Part shown: positions 18,282 to 27,937 of the stretch, in pieces
How positions within the stretch are numbered: the first letter of the stretch is position 1
Layout of the letters: every line of letters starts with the position of its first letter
Source of the DNA: Candidatus Micrarchaeia archaeon
GTDB lineage: Bacteria; Chloroflexota; Dormibacteria; Aeolococcales; Bog-877
Assembly (NCBI GenBank): GCA_035533215.1
Contig: DATLUG010000028.1
Location: 7,680 to 71,679 of the forward strand
Reading direction: 5' to 3'
DNA: 64,000 bases
Notes under the pieces: generated by a model
What the model was told of the DNA's origin: nothing
Databases searched by the model: none
Seen by the model: only the letters and a program-made list of their open reading frames with translations
Translations under genes and position numbers: made by a program

Positions 18282-18977
18282 ATGGTTGAGCAAATGCTCA
18301 AAGCATCCGCTCAACCCGGTGCCGCTGCCCCGCCGCTCGGGGGCGAGGTGGGCTCTAGCGAGGGGACCAGGCGGCGGATGGTCCGGGCCGCCCGGCTGAC
18401 CCTGGAGCGTGAGGGCTTCGCCGGCACCACCGCCCGGGCCATCGCCCGGACCGGGCACCTCAACCAGGCGCTGATCTTCTACCACTTCGGCTCCGTCCAC
18501 GCCTTGCTGCTGGCGGCCCTCGACGAGAGCAGCGAGCGCCGTCTGGCCCGCTACCGCGAGCAGCTGGCCGGCGTCGACTCGCCGACGGGGCTGGTCCGGG
18601 TGATGCGGAGCCTGTACGGGGAGGACCTCGCCGAGGGACACGTGGCGGTGGTCCAGGCACTGGCCGCGGGCGGGTCGTCCTCGACCGAGCTGGGCCGCGC
18701 CCTGGCGGCCCGGATGGAGCCCTGGGTCGACTTCGCCACCGAGGTGCTGTCCCGCCTGGTCGGGGCCACGCCGCTGGCGCCCTGGCTCCCGGTGCCGGAC
18801 CTGGCCTTCGCCATCGTGGCCTGCTACTTCGGGATGGAGACCGTCGCCCACCTGGACGGCGACCGCTCCCGGGCCGCGTCGCTGTTCGAGACCGCGGCCC
18901 GGCTCGCCCCGCTGGCGGACCAGCTCCTCGGTCGGGGCGCGGGCCCGGGGCCGGCCGCGACGGGGGCCGCACCGTGA
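18282..18977 (+). CDS. TetR-family transcriptional regulator
   Basis: N-terminal TetR helix-turn-helix: RMVRAARLTLEREGFAGTTARAIARTGHLNQALIFYHF. Confidence 0.85.
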   Translation: MVEQMLKASAQPGAAAPPLGGEVGSSEGTRRRMVRAARLTLEREGFAGTTARAIARTGHLNQALIFYHFGSVHALLLAALDESSERRLARYREQLAGVDSPTGLVRVMRSLYGEDLAEGHVAVVQALAAGGSSSTELGRALAARMEPWVDFATEVLSRLVGATPLAPWLPVPDLAFAIVACYFGMETVAHLDGDRSRAASLFETAARLAPLADQLLGRGAGPGPAATGAAP

Positions 18978-19867
18978 TCTGCGTCACCGGCGCGGGGGGG
19001 TTCGTCGGCCGCCACCTGGTGCGCCGGCTGGTGTCCCTCGGGCGACCGGTTCGGGCGGTGGTCCGCCACCCCGACGAGGCCGGCTTCCCCGCGGAGGTGG
19101 AGGTGGTGGTGGCGGACGTGACCCGGCCGGAGACCCTCGGCAGGGCCGTGGAGGGGGCAGGGGCACTGGTGCACGCCGCCGCCCTCGTCGCCAACCGCAC
19201 GGAGCCGTACCGGGGCGCCTACGACGCCGTGAACCGGGTCGGGACCGAGAACGTCGCCGCCGCCGCGAGGCGGGCCGGGGTGGGGCGCTGGGTCCTGCTG
19301 TCGGGGCTGGGGACCAGCCGCGGGCGCCCCGGGAGCTACCTGGCGACGCGCTGGGGGATGGAGGAGGCGGTGCGCCGCAGCCAGATCCCCTATGCGATCC
19401 TGCAGCCGTCGGTGTGCTTCGGGACCGGCGCGCCGTTCGTCACCGAGCTGGCCCGGCTGGCCCGGGCGCTGCCGGTGGTGCCGGCGATCGGGGGCGGCGG
19501 CCGCCGGTTCCAGCCGATCTGGGTCGAGGACCTCGCCCACTGCCTGGTGCTCTGCCTCGACGACGACGGCCTGCTGGGCGCGGCCCACCCGGTCGGGGGA
19601 GCCGAGCAGGTCACCTTCCGGGCGATCATCCAGGCGATCGGCCGGGCGATCGGCCGCCGCCGCACCACCGTCTTCGTGCCGGTGGCGGTCGCCCGGGCCG
19701 AGGCCCGTCTGATGGCGCGGGTGCTGGCCCGGCCGCCGCTCACCCCCGCCGCGGTCGAGCTGTTCACCCTCGACCAGACCACCCGGCTCGACGCCGTCGA
19801 GCATGCCTTCGGCTTCGTCCCGCGCGGCTTCACCGCCCACCTCGCCGCCCACGGCCTCGATGGCTGA
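18974..19867 (+). CDS. NAD(P)H-binding atypical short-chain dehydrogenase/reductase (NmrA or complex-I NDUFA9-like family)
   Basis: Rossmann motif ICVTGAGGFVGRHLVRRL at the N-terminus. Has a GTGA overlap with the TetR stop. Confidence 0.75.
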   Translation: MICVTGAGGFVGRHLVRRLVSLGRPVRAVVRHPDEAGFPAEVEVVVADVTRPETLGRAVEGAGALVHAAALVANRTEPYRGAYDAVNRVGTENVAAAARRAGVGRWVLLSGLGTSRGRPGSYLATRWGMEEAVRRSQIPYAILQPSVCFGTGAPFVTELARLARALPVVPAIGGGGRRFQPIWVEDLAHCLVLCLDDDGLLGAAHPVGGAEQVTFRAIIQAIGRAIGRRRTTVFVPVAVARAEARLMARVLARPPLTPAAVELFTLDQTTRLDAVEHAFGFVPRGFTAHLAAHGLDG

Positions 19868-20489
19868 TCGCGGGAGCGAGGCGTCCCCCCGCGCCCGTCG
19901 CCCGGCGCTGGTCGCCGCCATCCTGTTCGTCGTCGCCCTCGCCGGCTACCTCTGGCTGATCCGGCAGCAGGAGGTCGGCGGACCGCCGCCGTCGACCTGG
20001 GCGATCGCGGCCGCGCTGGCCGGCCTGGCCGCCGCCGCCGCCGGCGGCGCGGTGGCCCGCTCGCGCTCGCTCCGGCTGGCCCTGCTCAGCGCCAGCGCCG
20101 TCGCGGGCCTGATCCTCGGCGTGCTGGCGCTCTTCGACATCGGGCTGGCGGTGCTGGCGGGGGGGGTGCTCGCGCTCCGCGCCCACGCGCTGACCGGGCC
20201 CGGCGCGGGGCGGCGGGCCGGCGTCGTCGCCAGCCTGGCCGGGACCCTGGCGGCGCTGGCGGTGCTGGGGGTGGTCTTCGTCCCCTCGATGGTCCCCAGC
20301 GTCGGCTGCCAGGGCGGATCCCCCAGCTTCAGCAGCGGCTGGGGACCGTTGGCAGGCGGCGAGGGCACCGTGTCGGGCTCCGCTAGCCCGAACGGCCGGT
20401 CCGTCGCCACGATCACGCTCCAGGGCGGCAGGACCGTGCGGCTCACCTGCCGTAGCGGCCGTCCCCGGCGGGTGCGGGCCGCCGGATGA
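19860..20489 (+). CDS. Small integral membrane protein, hypothetical
   Basis: ATG at 19860 overlapping the preceding stop. Four hydrophobic helices (LVAAILFVVALAGYLWLI, etc.). The track ORF starts at 19803. Confidence 0.45.
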   Translation: MADRGSEASPRARRPALVAAILFVVALAGYLWLIRQQEVGGPPPSTWAIAAALAGLAAAAAGGAVARSRSLRLALLSASAVAGLILGVLALFDIGLAVLAGGVLALRAHALTGPGAGRRAGVVASLAGTLAALAVLGVVFVPSMVPSVGCQGGSPSFSSGWGPLAGGEGTVSGSASPNGRSVATITLQGGRTVRLTCRSGRPRRVRAAG

Positions 20490-20510
20490 CGGCGCTCCCG
20501 GGGGGGCCGG

Positions 20511-21023
20511 TCAGCCGGGAGGGGGAGGGGAGCCGGTCACGCCCCGCCTGGCGGCGGCACGGAAGGTGACCCGGTCGTTGGCGAGGTAGTTCCACAGGCT
20601 CGCCGACGCCGCCCCGCAGAGGCTGGCCACCAGGTAGTGGAGGCCCAGCACCGTCGCCGCGGTCAGCAGCACCGCCTCGTTGAGGCCGAGCCCGACCAGG
20701 CTCACCGCCTCGAAGGTGAGGAACCGCCGAGGGCCGGCGCTCCCCCCGGCCCGGTCGCGCCAGGTGATCCTGGAGTTGACCGTGAAGGTGACCAGGATGG
20801 CGGTCTGGATCGCCAGGCCCGATCCCAGCCAGAGGGGCAGGTGGAGCCGGCCGTACAGGAGCGCGGTCGCGCCCAGCTGGGTGCCGAGCCCCAGCAGCCC
20901 GGCGGTCACGAAGGCGGCCAGCCGGGTGGGGTGGGTCCGCGGCACCCGGCGGCCGGTGCGATCCGCGGGGGCCCCGATCCGGAGCGTCGGCTCGGGCAGG
21001 CGGGAGGTGGTGGGGGGCAGCAT
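20511..21023 (-). CDS. GtrA-family membrane protein (polyprenyl-phosphate-sugar translocation or glycosylation accessory)
   Basis: 170 aa with 4 TM helices. Matches the GtrA family pattern (AAFVTAGLLGLGTQLGATALLY ... NYLANDRVTFR). Confidence 0.75.
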   Translation of the reverse strand: MLPPTTSRLPEPTLRIGAPADRTGRRVPRTHPTRLAAFVTAGLLGLGTQLGATALLYGRLHLPLWLGSGLAIQTAILVTFTVNSRITWRDRAGGSAGPRRFLTFEAVSLVGLGLNEAVLLTAATVLGLHYLVASLCGAASASLWNYLANDRVTFRAAARRGVTGSPPPPG

Positions 21024-21452
21024 GGTGGGACCGGAGCCGGCGCGGCTCTCTGATCGAGCCTACCAAGCGGTAGCGAACCGGATGGCCGTTGCCGTGGTCA
21101 CACCTGGGTGGCAACCGGGTGGCGCCGGGATGACGGCGGCGGTGCCGGCGGCGGTGCCGGCGGTGCCGGTCGTGCACCGCGGGGCGGGCGTGCGCGAGGC
21201 TCGCCGATCATCCGTCGGTGACCGGCGAGGGCACGGTGAGCAGCCGCGAGGCGGATGGCGGAGCCGGGCGGCGGTCCCGTCCGCCGTGGGCGGCCACCCT
21301 GCGGATCCGGCCGACACGGGCGCCGGCGGGAGACGGTGGCGGGGGTGGCCCGTGGTCGGTCCGGCTCCCCGCACCCCTGGAGCCGCTCGCCCCTGCACCG
21401 CCGCCAGCCGGGAGACCCTCCCAGCACGCGCCGACGCGGCGGCCGGGATCGC

Positions 21453-21932
21453 TCACCGGGCGCTGCTGCAGGTGGCGGCGGGGTGCGATGGGGCCTCGTC
21501 CTGTCGCGCCCTGCCCGACGTCCGCTTGCAAGCCCCAGGCGTCAGTCGGGGCGTTGTCGGTCGAGCCTGAGGCGGGCGCACATGACCAGCCAGGCCGCCC
21601 GCGTGGTGCGGCGGTGTCCCGATCGCCGCACGGTTGGCGTATTCGTCCGCAATCGCAGCGCCATCAGCAGGGCTGTGCCACCCGACACGACAACGGAACT
21701 CCCTGAGGGTGCATGTGGCTTCAGTCATGATGACGGCCCCGAACGCGTCCTCGTGATGCCGATGCCATCCATCTCGCTCGTGCCACGCCTTCACCGTGAG
21801 ACGCCTCCTGTGATCAGGCATCTCGGCGAGCCCACCCCGGCGAGGCTTCCTGTCGGGATCCCCGGCGCCCCAGCATCGGGGTCGGACGAGGCGGATCCCT
21901 TCAGCGGCCAGTGCGCGGTGCACGCGGACCAC
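21453..21932 (-). CDS. Hypothetical protein in a low-GC islet; possibly a gene remnant
   Basis: 159-aa ORF whose GC3 is clearly lower (many NNT/NNA codons) than surrounding genes. No family recognised and no clear ribosome-binding site. Confidence 0.2.
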   Translation of the reverse strand: MVRVHRALAAEGIRLVRPRCWGAGDPDRKPRRGGLAEMPDHRRRLTVKAWHERDGWHRHHEDAFGAVIMTEATCTLREFRCRVGWHSPADGAAIADEYANRAAIGTPPHHAGGLAGHVRPPQARPTTPRLTPGACKRTSGRARQDEAPSHPAATCSSAR

Positions 21933-22149
21933 GTGGCTGCCACCGCGCCACGTCCAGGGCGTGCGCTGGGGGCGAAGGTGGCGGAGTCAGCGGTCTCGGT
22001 TCTGTCAGGCCCCGGTCACGGGCAGCATCCGAGTCCGGCCCGTGCTGAACCCACGCCTGCCAGAGGGAGATGCATCGGCGCAGCTGATGGCGATGGAAGC
22101 GCCCGACGGGGGTGAGGGAGCCAACGACCGAAGGAGCCATCGGATGCCC

Positions 22150-22178
22150 GAGGGGAGGGACATCGCATCCCTCCCCTC
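22150..22178 (-). terminator. Stem-loop 9 nt downstream of the collagen-like gene stop; candidate intrinsic terminator without a U-tract
   Basis: Perfect 11-bp inverted repeat gaggggaggga / tccctcccctc with a 7-nt loop (catcgca). No T-run follows. Confidence 0.4.
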
Positions 22179-22186
22179 GTGCCAGT

Positions 22187-22954
22187 TCAGCTTGCGACGA
22201 CCCAGGCGTCCAGCGTTCCGGGATAAAAGGCTGAGATGGAGACCATGTCGGCGGACCAGCAGTCGATGGTGACGGTGTGCGACCCAGCCGCAAGACCCGA
22301 TCGGCCGCCGGTGAGATTCAGGACGGCATCGTACGGTGCGGCGGACGACGTCTGACCCTGTGACTCCGCGATCGCCGTTCCATCGAGGTTCAGCGTGCAT
22401 GACACGGGTGCGCTCGGGAAGGACGGTGAGCCATTGCCAAAGCTGACGGTCGCTGTCGCCATGAGTGTGCCGGCAAAGGTGGGCGACAGGCTCACCGTGG
22501 CGACCTGGCTGCCCGGGGCCGTGGGCGGCAGAAGGAAGAACGGGAAGACCTGGCTCACGCCTCCGGAGGTCGGTCCGGGGGCTCCAGTCGGGCCTGGCGG
22601 CCCAGGAGGTCCGGCGATGCCAGCTCCCGAACGCCCAGCCGGTCCTTGCGGCCCCGGCGGCCCCGCCGGTCCCTGTGGACCCGCCTGGCCGTGAACGGCC
22701 TTGAGAGCGGCCGCCAACGCGGCTTCCGACGGGAACCGGATGACGGTGCCGGTTGGACACTGGGAGGCCACCGTCGCGTTGACCACGGTCAGCTGCCGCC
22801 CTGGTGCGTTCCAGCAGGCGGTGAGTATGGGTGCGGTGCTGATGGTGGTCTCCGGATGGACGGCCGCCGATGCGGCATAGGCTCCGCTTCCCAGGGCTAT
22901 GGCGGCGGCAGCGCCTACGGTCAGTCGCCGGGTCGGGATGAACGACAGTCTCAC
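22187..22954 (-). CDS. Secreted collagen-like (Gly-X-Y) triple-helix repeat protein with a C-terminal beta-rich domain
   Basis: GTG at 22954 with GGAGG 5 nt upstream. Signal peptide RLSFIPTRRLTVGAAAAIALGSGAYAASAAV, then GQAGPQGPAGPPGPQGPAGRSGAGIAGPPGPPGPTGAPGPT (about 13 G-X-Y triplets). The upstream part of the track ORF (to 23665) is not coding. Confidence 0.65.
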   Translation of the reverse strand: MRLSFIPTRRLTVGAAAAIALGSGAYAASAAVHPETTISTAPILTACWNAPGRQLTVVNATVASQCPTGTVIRFPSEAALAAALKAVHGQAGPQGPAGPPGPQGPAGRSGAGIAGPPGPPGPTGAPGPTSGGVSQVFPFFLLPPTAPGSQVATVSLSPTFAGTLMATATVSFGNGSPSFPSAPVSCTLNLDGTAIAESQGQTSSAAPYDAVLNLTGGRSGLAAGSHTVTIDCWSADMVSISAFYPGTLDAWVVAS

Positions 22955-23375
22955 ATGGTCCTCCGAAGCGATGGGTTGGGATTCGCCCACGCCCAGGGTA
23001 GGCGGCAGCTCAGCCCGCCCGCAACCACGGGTGGATGATGGCCGCTGCGGGGGCGGAGCCGACAGCGGACGACGAGATTGGGCACGTTGGATCATCTCGC
23101 GACGCACGAGACCGTTGGGGCCGCGTGGCATGCTGGCGGCATCTGGGCGGCCGCGGCGGGTCAGGAGTGGGCGTGCCTCTCCGACCACCCCGACCGCGGG
23201 CTGCCCGCGGTCGGGGCCGAGACGGGCGCACCGGGAGGCCGTCACCGAGGCGACCCCGTTGCCCTGCTGGCTCACCGCACCCCTAAAGTCGCGCGCCGGT
23301 GCTCGAGCCGCACCCAGCTGGGGTAGCCCGCCATCACGCGCCGAGCCCGGGGCCAGGATCGCTCCTCGTGCGCTG

Positions 23376-23738
23376 TTACACCGCCAGGCGACCGGCGATG
23401 GCGCCGTGTCCGGCGGTGCCCTGGGCGACGTCCATGACCGATCGAAACGCGTCGGCGTTGGTGACGCCCGGGCGGTGCCCGTGGAGACTGGGGAAGGCGT
23501 GCGTGGCCAGCCACGCCGGGCGCGTGTCGCCATCGACGAGGGCGCCGTGCAGCGCGACCGAATGGAGCAAGGCTGCACCCTTGCGGGCGAGATCACCGTA
23601 CGCGTCCTGGCCGAATGCGCGTGCTCGGGGCCGGGCCACCGCCGACTCCAGGGGGCCCAGGTCACGAATCGGCCCCACCCCCAGCACGTCGACCATCTCG
23701 AGCAGGTCTTCGAGATCGGGGTCCTCGACAGACGTCAC
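23376..23738 (-). CDS. doc: Doc (death-on-curing) / Fic-family toxin with a degenerate Fic motif
   Basis: 121 aa; collinear with P1 Doc (LESAVARPRARAF...LLHSVALHGALVDGDTRPAWLATHAF...) and the Fic-like H-x-x-x-D-G-x-x-R motif is retained. GTG overlaps the antitoxin stop (GTGA). Confidence 0.7.
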   Translation of the reverse strand: MTSVEDPDLEDLLEMVDVLGVGPIRDLGPLESAVARPRARAFGQDAYGDLARKGAALLHSVALHGALVDGDTRPAWLATHAFPSLHGHRPGVTNADAFRSVMDVAQGTAGHGAIAGRLAV

Positions 23739-23980
23739 GCCGTGCCGAGGCGATCCAGGGCCTCGTGCCACTCGCGCGGTCCCTCGCCCACGGCGGTACG
23801 CACGCGCGCTCGATGCTCGAACCGCGCCCAGCGCTCCAGCACGGCCCGGCGGATGACCTCCGGTCGAGACCGTCGCTCCGCCCCGGCCAGCCCGTCCCGT
23901 GCCCGCTCCACCGCATCGTCCGCTCGGAGGGTGAGCGCCAGGCGGACTCGCTCCCGCATTGGGACCACCGGCACGACCAT
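23735..23980 (-). CDS. Ribbon-helix-helix (CopG-like) antitoxin paired with Doc
   Basis: MRERVRLALTLRADDAVERARDGLAGAERRSRPEVIRRAVLERW has the RHH beta-strand and helices. Start is ambiguous (ATG at 23980 or 23959). Confidence 0.6.
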   Translation of the reverse strand: MVVPVVPMRERVRLALTLRADDAVERARDGLAGAERRSRPEVIRRAVLERWARFEHRARVRTAVGEGPREWHEALDRLGTA

Positions 23981-24095
23981 CTCGCTCGACCGCGAGGACG
24001 AGGCAGGAGCCCTCACCTCGCGAGGGCTGCACCCCATCCCGCCGATCCGGGTCTGCTCGGCCCCATCCAGAGATGCCGCCGAGCAGAGCCCGCGG

Positions 24096-25565
24096 TCAGG
24101 CGGCCGGCGGAGGGTGGTGCCGGCGCTTGGCCCGCCATCGCCTCGCCCCCCGCCGGATCCCGCCCAGCCCCTCGGTGCGCAGGATCACCACCGCCCGGCG
24201 GGTGAGCCGGCGCGCCTCCAGGCCGAGGCGTCCCAGCCGGCCCGCCCGGAGGCGCGCCGCCAGCCGGGCGCCGGCGAGGGCGAGCGCCCCCGGCCCGCTC
24301 CTGCGGGTGGTGACCACCCCGCCCTCCGCCACCACCAGCGCCAGCGAGACGGGGGCGTCGGCGCGGTCGGCGGCGGCCCTGGGCTCGGCGCAGAAGCGGA
24401 CCAGGGGCGCGGTGCAGCGGTCCCAGGTGAGGCGCTGGGCCTCGGCCCGCACCTGGTCGGCGCAGGCGCGCCGCAAAGCTGGGTCGCCGCCCAACCGTGC
24501 CAGCGCGGAGCTGGCCGCGTCGACGTCCTCGGGGGGAACGGTGAGCCCGAGCCCGGAGCGGCTCACCATCTCCGCCAGGGTGTCCCCGGCGGTGCAGAGG
24601 ATGGGCAGCCCGGCCCAGAGGTAGTCGAGGATCCGGGTGCGGAACGCGAAGCGGGTCTCGATGTGGTCGAAGTGGGTGGAGACCCCGATGTCGGCCTCCA
24701 GCAGCCAGTTGGCCCGCTCCGAATAGGGGACCCAGCTGTCGTTGAAGAAGACGTGCCGCCCGGTCAGGCCCAGCTCCTCGGCGAGGCGGCGCGCCGCCCC
24801 CAGCATCCACATCGCCGGGACGTTGGGGTTGGGGTGGGTGGTGGAGAGGAAGAGGAGGCGGAGCCGGGGGAGGGTCGGCGTCAGCCGGGCCACCGCCCGG
24901 ATCAGGGTGAGGGGGTCGAACCAGTTGTAGATGCCCCCGCCCCAGAGGAGCAGGAGGTCGCCGGGGGCGATCCCCGGGATGGTCCCGCGCGGCCCCGGGC
25001 CGGTCGCCACCGGGGCCGCCTCGGGGAGGCCGAAGGGCACGACGTCGATGAGGCGTCGGAGCCGGCGGTCGTCGGTGTGGGTGGCGGGGTTCACCCGTCC
25101 CATCGCGGTCAGTGCGCCCAGCCAGAAGTCGCGCTGCTGCTCGCTGGCGCAGAGGAAGAAGTCGCCGGCCCGAAGCTGGGTGTGGGCGGCGGCGAGGGTG
25201 CTGGTGTGCTCGCCCTGGCGGCGCGGCATCGGCTCGGCCGCGAACTGCTCCAGCAGCGCCAGCGGGAAGGGGTCGTAGAGGTCGACGACGAGGCGCAGGC
25301 CGGGGTGGCGGAGGGTCGGGAACTGCTCCAAGGCGAATCCCTGGACGACCGCCACGTCGTGGGTCGACCCCAGCTGCTGGATGCGCGCCCCGGTCGCCTC
25401 CACGATCGCGAACGGCTCGCCCTCGAGGTCGCCCCGGCCCGGCGCCGCCAGCGTCACCTGGTGGCCGCCGCCGGCGAGCTGGCGGGCGAACTCGAAGCAG
25501 CGGATGCCCGGCCCCGCCATCTGCCGCCCGACCACGTCGTTGGCGACGATCAGCACCCGGCTCAC
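24096..25565 (-). CDS. Family 4 glycosyltransferase (GT-B, retaining type)
   Basis: 489 aa with N-terminal MSRVLIVANDVVGRQMAGPGIRCFEFARQLA; a GT-B (GT4-like) two-Rossmann fold is inferred from overall similarity. Confidence 0.75.
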   Translation of the reverse strand: MSRVLIVANDVVGRQMAGPGIRCFEFARQLAGGGHQVTLAAPGRGDLEGEPFAIVEATGARIQQLGSTHDVAVVQGFALEQFPTLRHPGLRLVVDLYDPFPLALLEQFAAEPMPRRQGEHTSTLAAAHTQLRAGDFFLCASEQQRDFWLGALTAMGRVNPATHTDDRRLRRLIDVVPFGLPEAAPVATGPGPRGTIPGIAPGDLLLLWGGGIYNWFDPLTLIRAVARLTPTLPRLRLLFLSTTHPNPNVPAMWMLGAARRLAEELGLTGRHVFFNDSWVPYSERANWLLEADIGVSTHFDHIETRFAFRTRILDYLWAGLPILCTAGDTLAEMVSRSGLGLTVPPEDVDAASSALARLGGDPALRRACADQVRAEAQRLTWDRCTAPLVRFCAEPRAAADRADAPVSLALVVAEGGVVTTRRSGPGALALAGARLAARLRAGRLGRLGLEARRLTRRAVVILRTEGLGGIRRGARRWRAKRRHHPPPAA

Positions 25566-25890
25566 TGGCGGGAGTATAGGAGCGCCGGCGCGGGCCGCCC
25601 CCCGCGGCCCCCACCGGCCTCGGGGCCGGTCAGGGCCGTTCGGGCGGGGGAGCGGGCCCGGCCGCCCGAGGGCCCCGAACGTGCGCGGGGCGGCTAGACT
25701 GGGGGAGAGGCCGAGGCGGGTTCCCGCTCACGTTCTGGAGGCCCGCTCCCATGCGCGGTAGGACCCCCCGGCAGCTGACGATGCCCAACCCGGCGCGGGC
25801 GGCCGGCCTGGATGCGGCCAGCCGGGCGATCCCTGGGCCACCGCCGGACGGCCCACCCGCGTGGGGGCCCGCCATCCAGGCGGGGTGACC

Positions 25891-26739
25891 ATGCCGTCGC
25901 GGGAGCCGGGCCGGGGCGCCACGGCGGCGCCGGCCGCGCCGGGACGGGACCGCCGCCCCTCTCCGGTCCTCAGCGTGGTGGTCCCCGTCTACCACGAGGC
26001 GACGTCGATCGCGGCCAACCTCGCCCGCCTGCGGGCAGCCCTCGACGGGGCCGGGATGAGCTGGGAGGTGGTGGTGGTGGTCGATGGCGACCCCGCCACC
26101 CTGCGGGCCGGGCGGCAGTCCTGTCCCGACGGCTTCCAGGTGCTGGGCTACACCCGCAACCGGGGCAAGGGGTTCGCCATCCGCTACGGCATGGCCCGGA
26201 CCCGGGGCGAGCTGGTCACGATCATCGACGGCGACCTCGACATCGCCCCCGAGGAGATCGGCCGGATGGCGGCCCTCCTGCAGCTCTACGACGCGGACAT
26301 GGTGATCGGCAGCAAGCGGCACCCCCTCAGCGAGGTGACCTACCCCCGCCTGCGCCGCCTCCAGTCGTTCGCCTTCCAGGTGCTGGTCAGGATGCTGTTC
26401 CGGGTCAGGGTCCGCGACACCCAGACCGGCCTCAAGGTGATGCGGCGCGAGGTCGCCCTGCGGGTGCTGGACGTGGCCCTGGTGAAGCGCTTCGCCTTCG
26501 ACGTCGAGCTGATCGCGCTGGCCCGCCACTTCGGCTACCGCCGGATCCTGGAGGCCCCCGTCCGGATCGACTTCCAGTTCCGTTCGACCACCAACCTGCG
26601 AGCCGTCGCGGCCGTCCTCTGGGACACCGCCGCCATCTTCTATCGGCTCCAGATTCGCCACTGGTACGATCGGAGTCACCCCGGGGGACGCGACGCCCTG
26701 CTGGCGGCGGGCGCGGAAGCGGCCGCCACCGAGAGCTGA
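25891..26739 (+). CDS. GT2 polyprenyl-phosphate sugar synthase-like glycosyltransferase (Dpm1/GtrB/Ppm1-like)
   Basis: LSVVVPVYHEATSI...VVVVDGDP...RNRGKGFAIRYG...IDGDLD (DxD). ATG at 25891; the track ORF starts at 25861. Confidence 0.8.
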   Translation: MPSREPGRGATAAPAAPGRDRRPSPVLSVVVPVYHEATSIAANLARLRAALDGAGMSWEVVVVVDGDPATLRAGRQSCPDGFQVLGYTRNRGKGFAIRYGMARTRGELVTIIDGDLDIAPEEIGRMAALLQLYDADMVIGSKRHPLSEVTYPRLRRLQSFAFQVLVRMLFRVRVRDTQTGLKVMRREVALRVLDVALVKRFAFDVELIALARHFGYRRILEAPVRIDFQFRSTTNLRAVAAVLWDTAAIFYRLQIRHWYDRSHPGGRDALLAAGAEAAATES

Positions 26740-26830
26740 TGGGGCCCGGCCGACCGTGGCTCACGGACGGGGCGGCCGACCGCAGGGGGCCCCGCCCGGA
26801 GCGCCCGCCGCGGGCCTGGGCCCGGTCCCG

Positions 26831-27937
26831 ATGCGGATCCTGATCCTCAACTGGAAGCACCCCGCCGACCCGGCCGCCGGCGGGGCAGAGCGGTACGTCG
26901 CCCGGGTGGCCGTCAACTGGGCCCGCCTCGGTCACGCGATCACCCTGTTCGTGCCCCGGCCGGGCCCGGGCGGGGACCCGCGGGCGACGCCGATGGCGGG
27001 GGTGCGGGTCGTGACCCGGGGGACCCGGTCGACCGTGTTCGGTCACGCCCGCCGGTACCTGCGCCGCCGCGGCTCCGATTTCGACCGGGTGCTGGAGTCG
27101 GTCAGCACCCGGCCGTTCTTCGCCCACGAGCTGGTCGGCGACCGATCCCTGGTCCTCTACTACCAGCTCGCCGGCGAGGTGTGGGGCCAGGAGTTCCGGT
27201 TCCCGCTGAGCTGGCTCGGGCGGCGGGTGGTGGAGCCGCACTGGCTCCGTCGCCTCGCCCCGGCCAGGGTGGCCACGATCTCGGCCTCGACGGCGGCCGA
27301 CCTCCGGGCTCGGGGGATCGTCCCGGTCGCGATCGTCCCCCCCGGGGTCGACGAGGTGGGCGGCGCCTGGGACGGCGAGATCGGCACGTCCCCGCGGATC
27401 GCGTTCGTCGGTCGCCTGGTCCGCACCAAGCGGCCGCTGGACGCGCTCTCGGCCTTCGCGACCGTCCGCTCGGCCTTCCCGCTGGCCACCCTGGACGTCA
27501 TCGGCGACGGCTACCTGCACCGCCGGCTGCGCGCCCTGCGCGCGCCCGGGGTGACGGTCCACGGCTTCGTGCCCGAGGCGGCCAAGGTCGAGCTGCTGCG
27601 GCGGGCCCACCTCCTCCTCCTCCCCGGGACCAGGGAGGGATGGGGGATCGTCGCCATGGAGGCGGCGATGTGCGGTCGGCCGACCGTCGGGTACGACATC
27701 CCCGGGGTGCGGGACGCCGTCCAGGACGGGGTCACCGGGGTGCTGACCGAGCCCGGGCCCCGGCAGCTGGGCAACGCCGCCGCGGCGCTCCTGGCGGACC
27801 CCGCGCGCTGGCGGCAGCTGGCGCGGGCGGCCGCCGGGCGCGCGCGCGAGTTCACCTGGGACCACTCGGCCGAGCGCCTGCTGACCCTCCTGACCGCCGC
27901 GCCGGCGCCCCCGTCCCACTGCTCGCCGGCGGCGTGA
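26831..27937 (+). CDS. Family 4 glycosyltransferase
   Basis: MRILILNWKHPADPAAGGAERYV...REGWGIVAMEAAMCGRPTVGYDIPGVRDAV is the GT4 EX7E-type motif. ATG at 26831; the track ORF starts at 26756. Confidence 0.8.
   Translation: MRILILNWKHPADPAAGGAERYVARVAVNWARLGHAITLFVPRPGPGGDPRATPMAGVRVVTRGTRSTVFGHARRYLRRRGSDFDRVLESVSTRPFFAHELVGDRSLVLYYQLAGEVWGQEFRFPLSWLGRRVVEPHWLRRLAPARVATISASTAADLRARGIVPVAIVPPGVDEVGGAWDGEIGTSPRIAFVGRLVRTKRPLDALSAFATVRSAFPLATLDVIGDGYLHRRLRALRAPGVTVHGFVPEAAKVELLRRAHLLLLPGTREGWGIVAMEAAMCGRPTVGYDIPGVRDAVQDGVTGVLTEPGPRQLGNAAAALLADPARWRQLARAAAGRAREFTWDHSAERLLTLLTAAPAPPSHCSPAA

Noticed and set aside
6513-18851. Giant minus-strand ORFs 6513..11813 (1766 aa) and 14736..18851 (1371 aa), plus other long antisense ORFs (e.g. 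27511..30330, 40745..42175, 43988..44863)
   Set aside because: All are antisense to confidently identified genes with clear domains. Their translations are Arg/Gly/Pro-rich low complexity. Stop-codon depletion in ~73% GC DNA explains their length.
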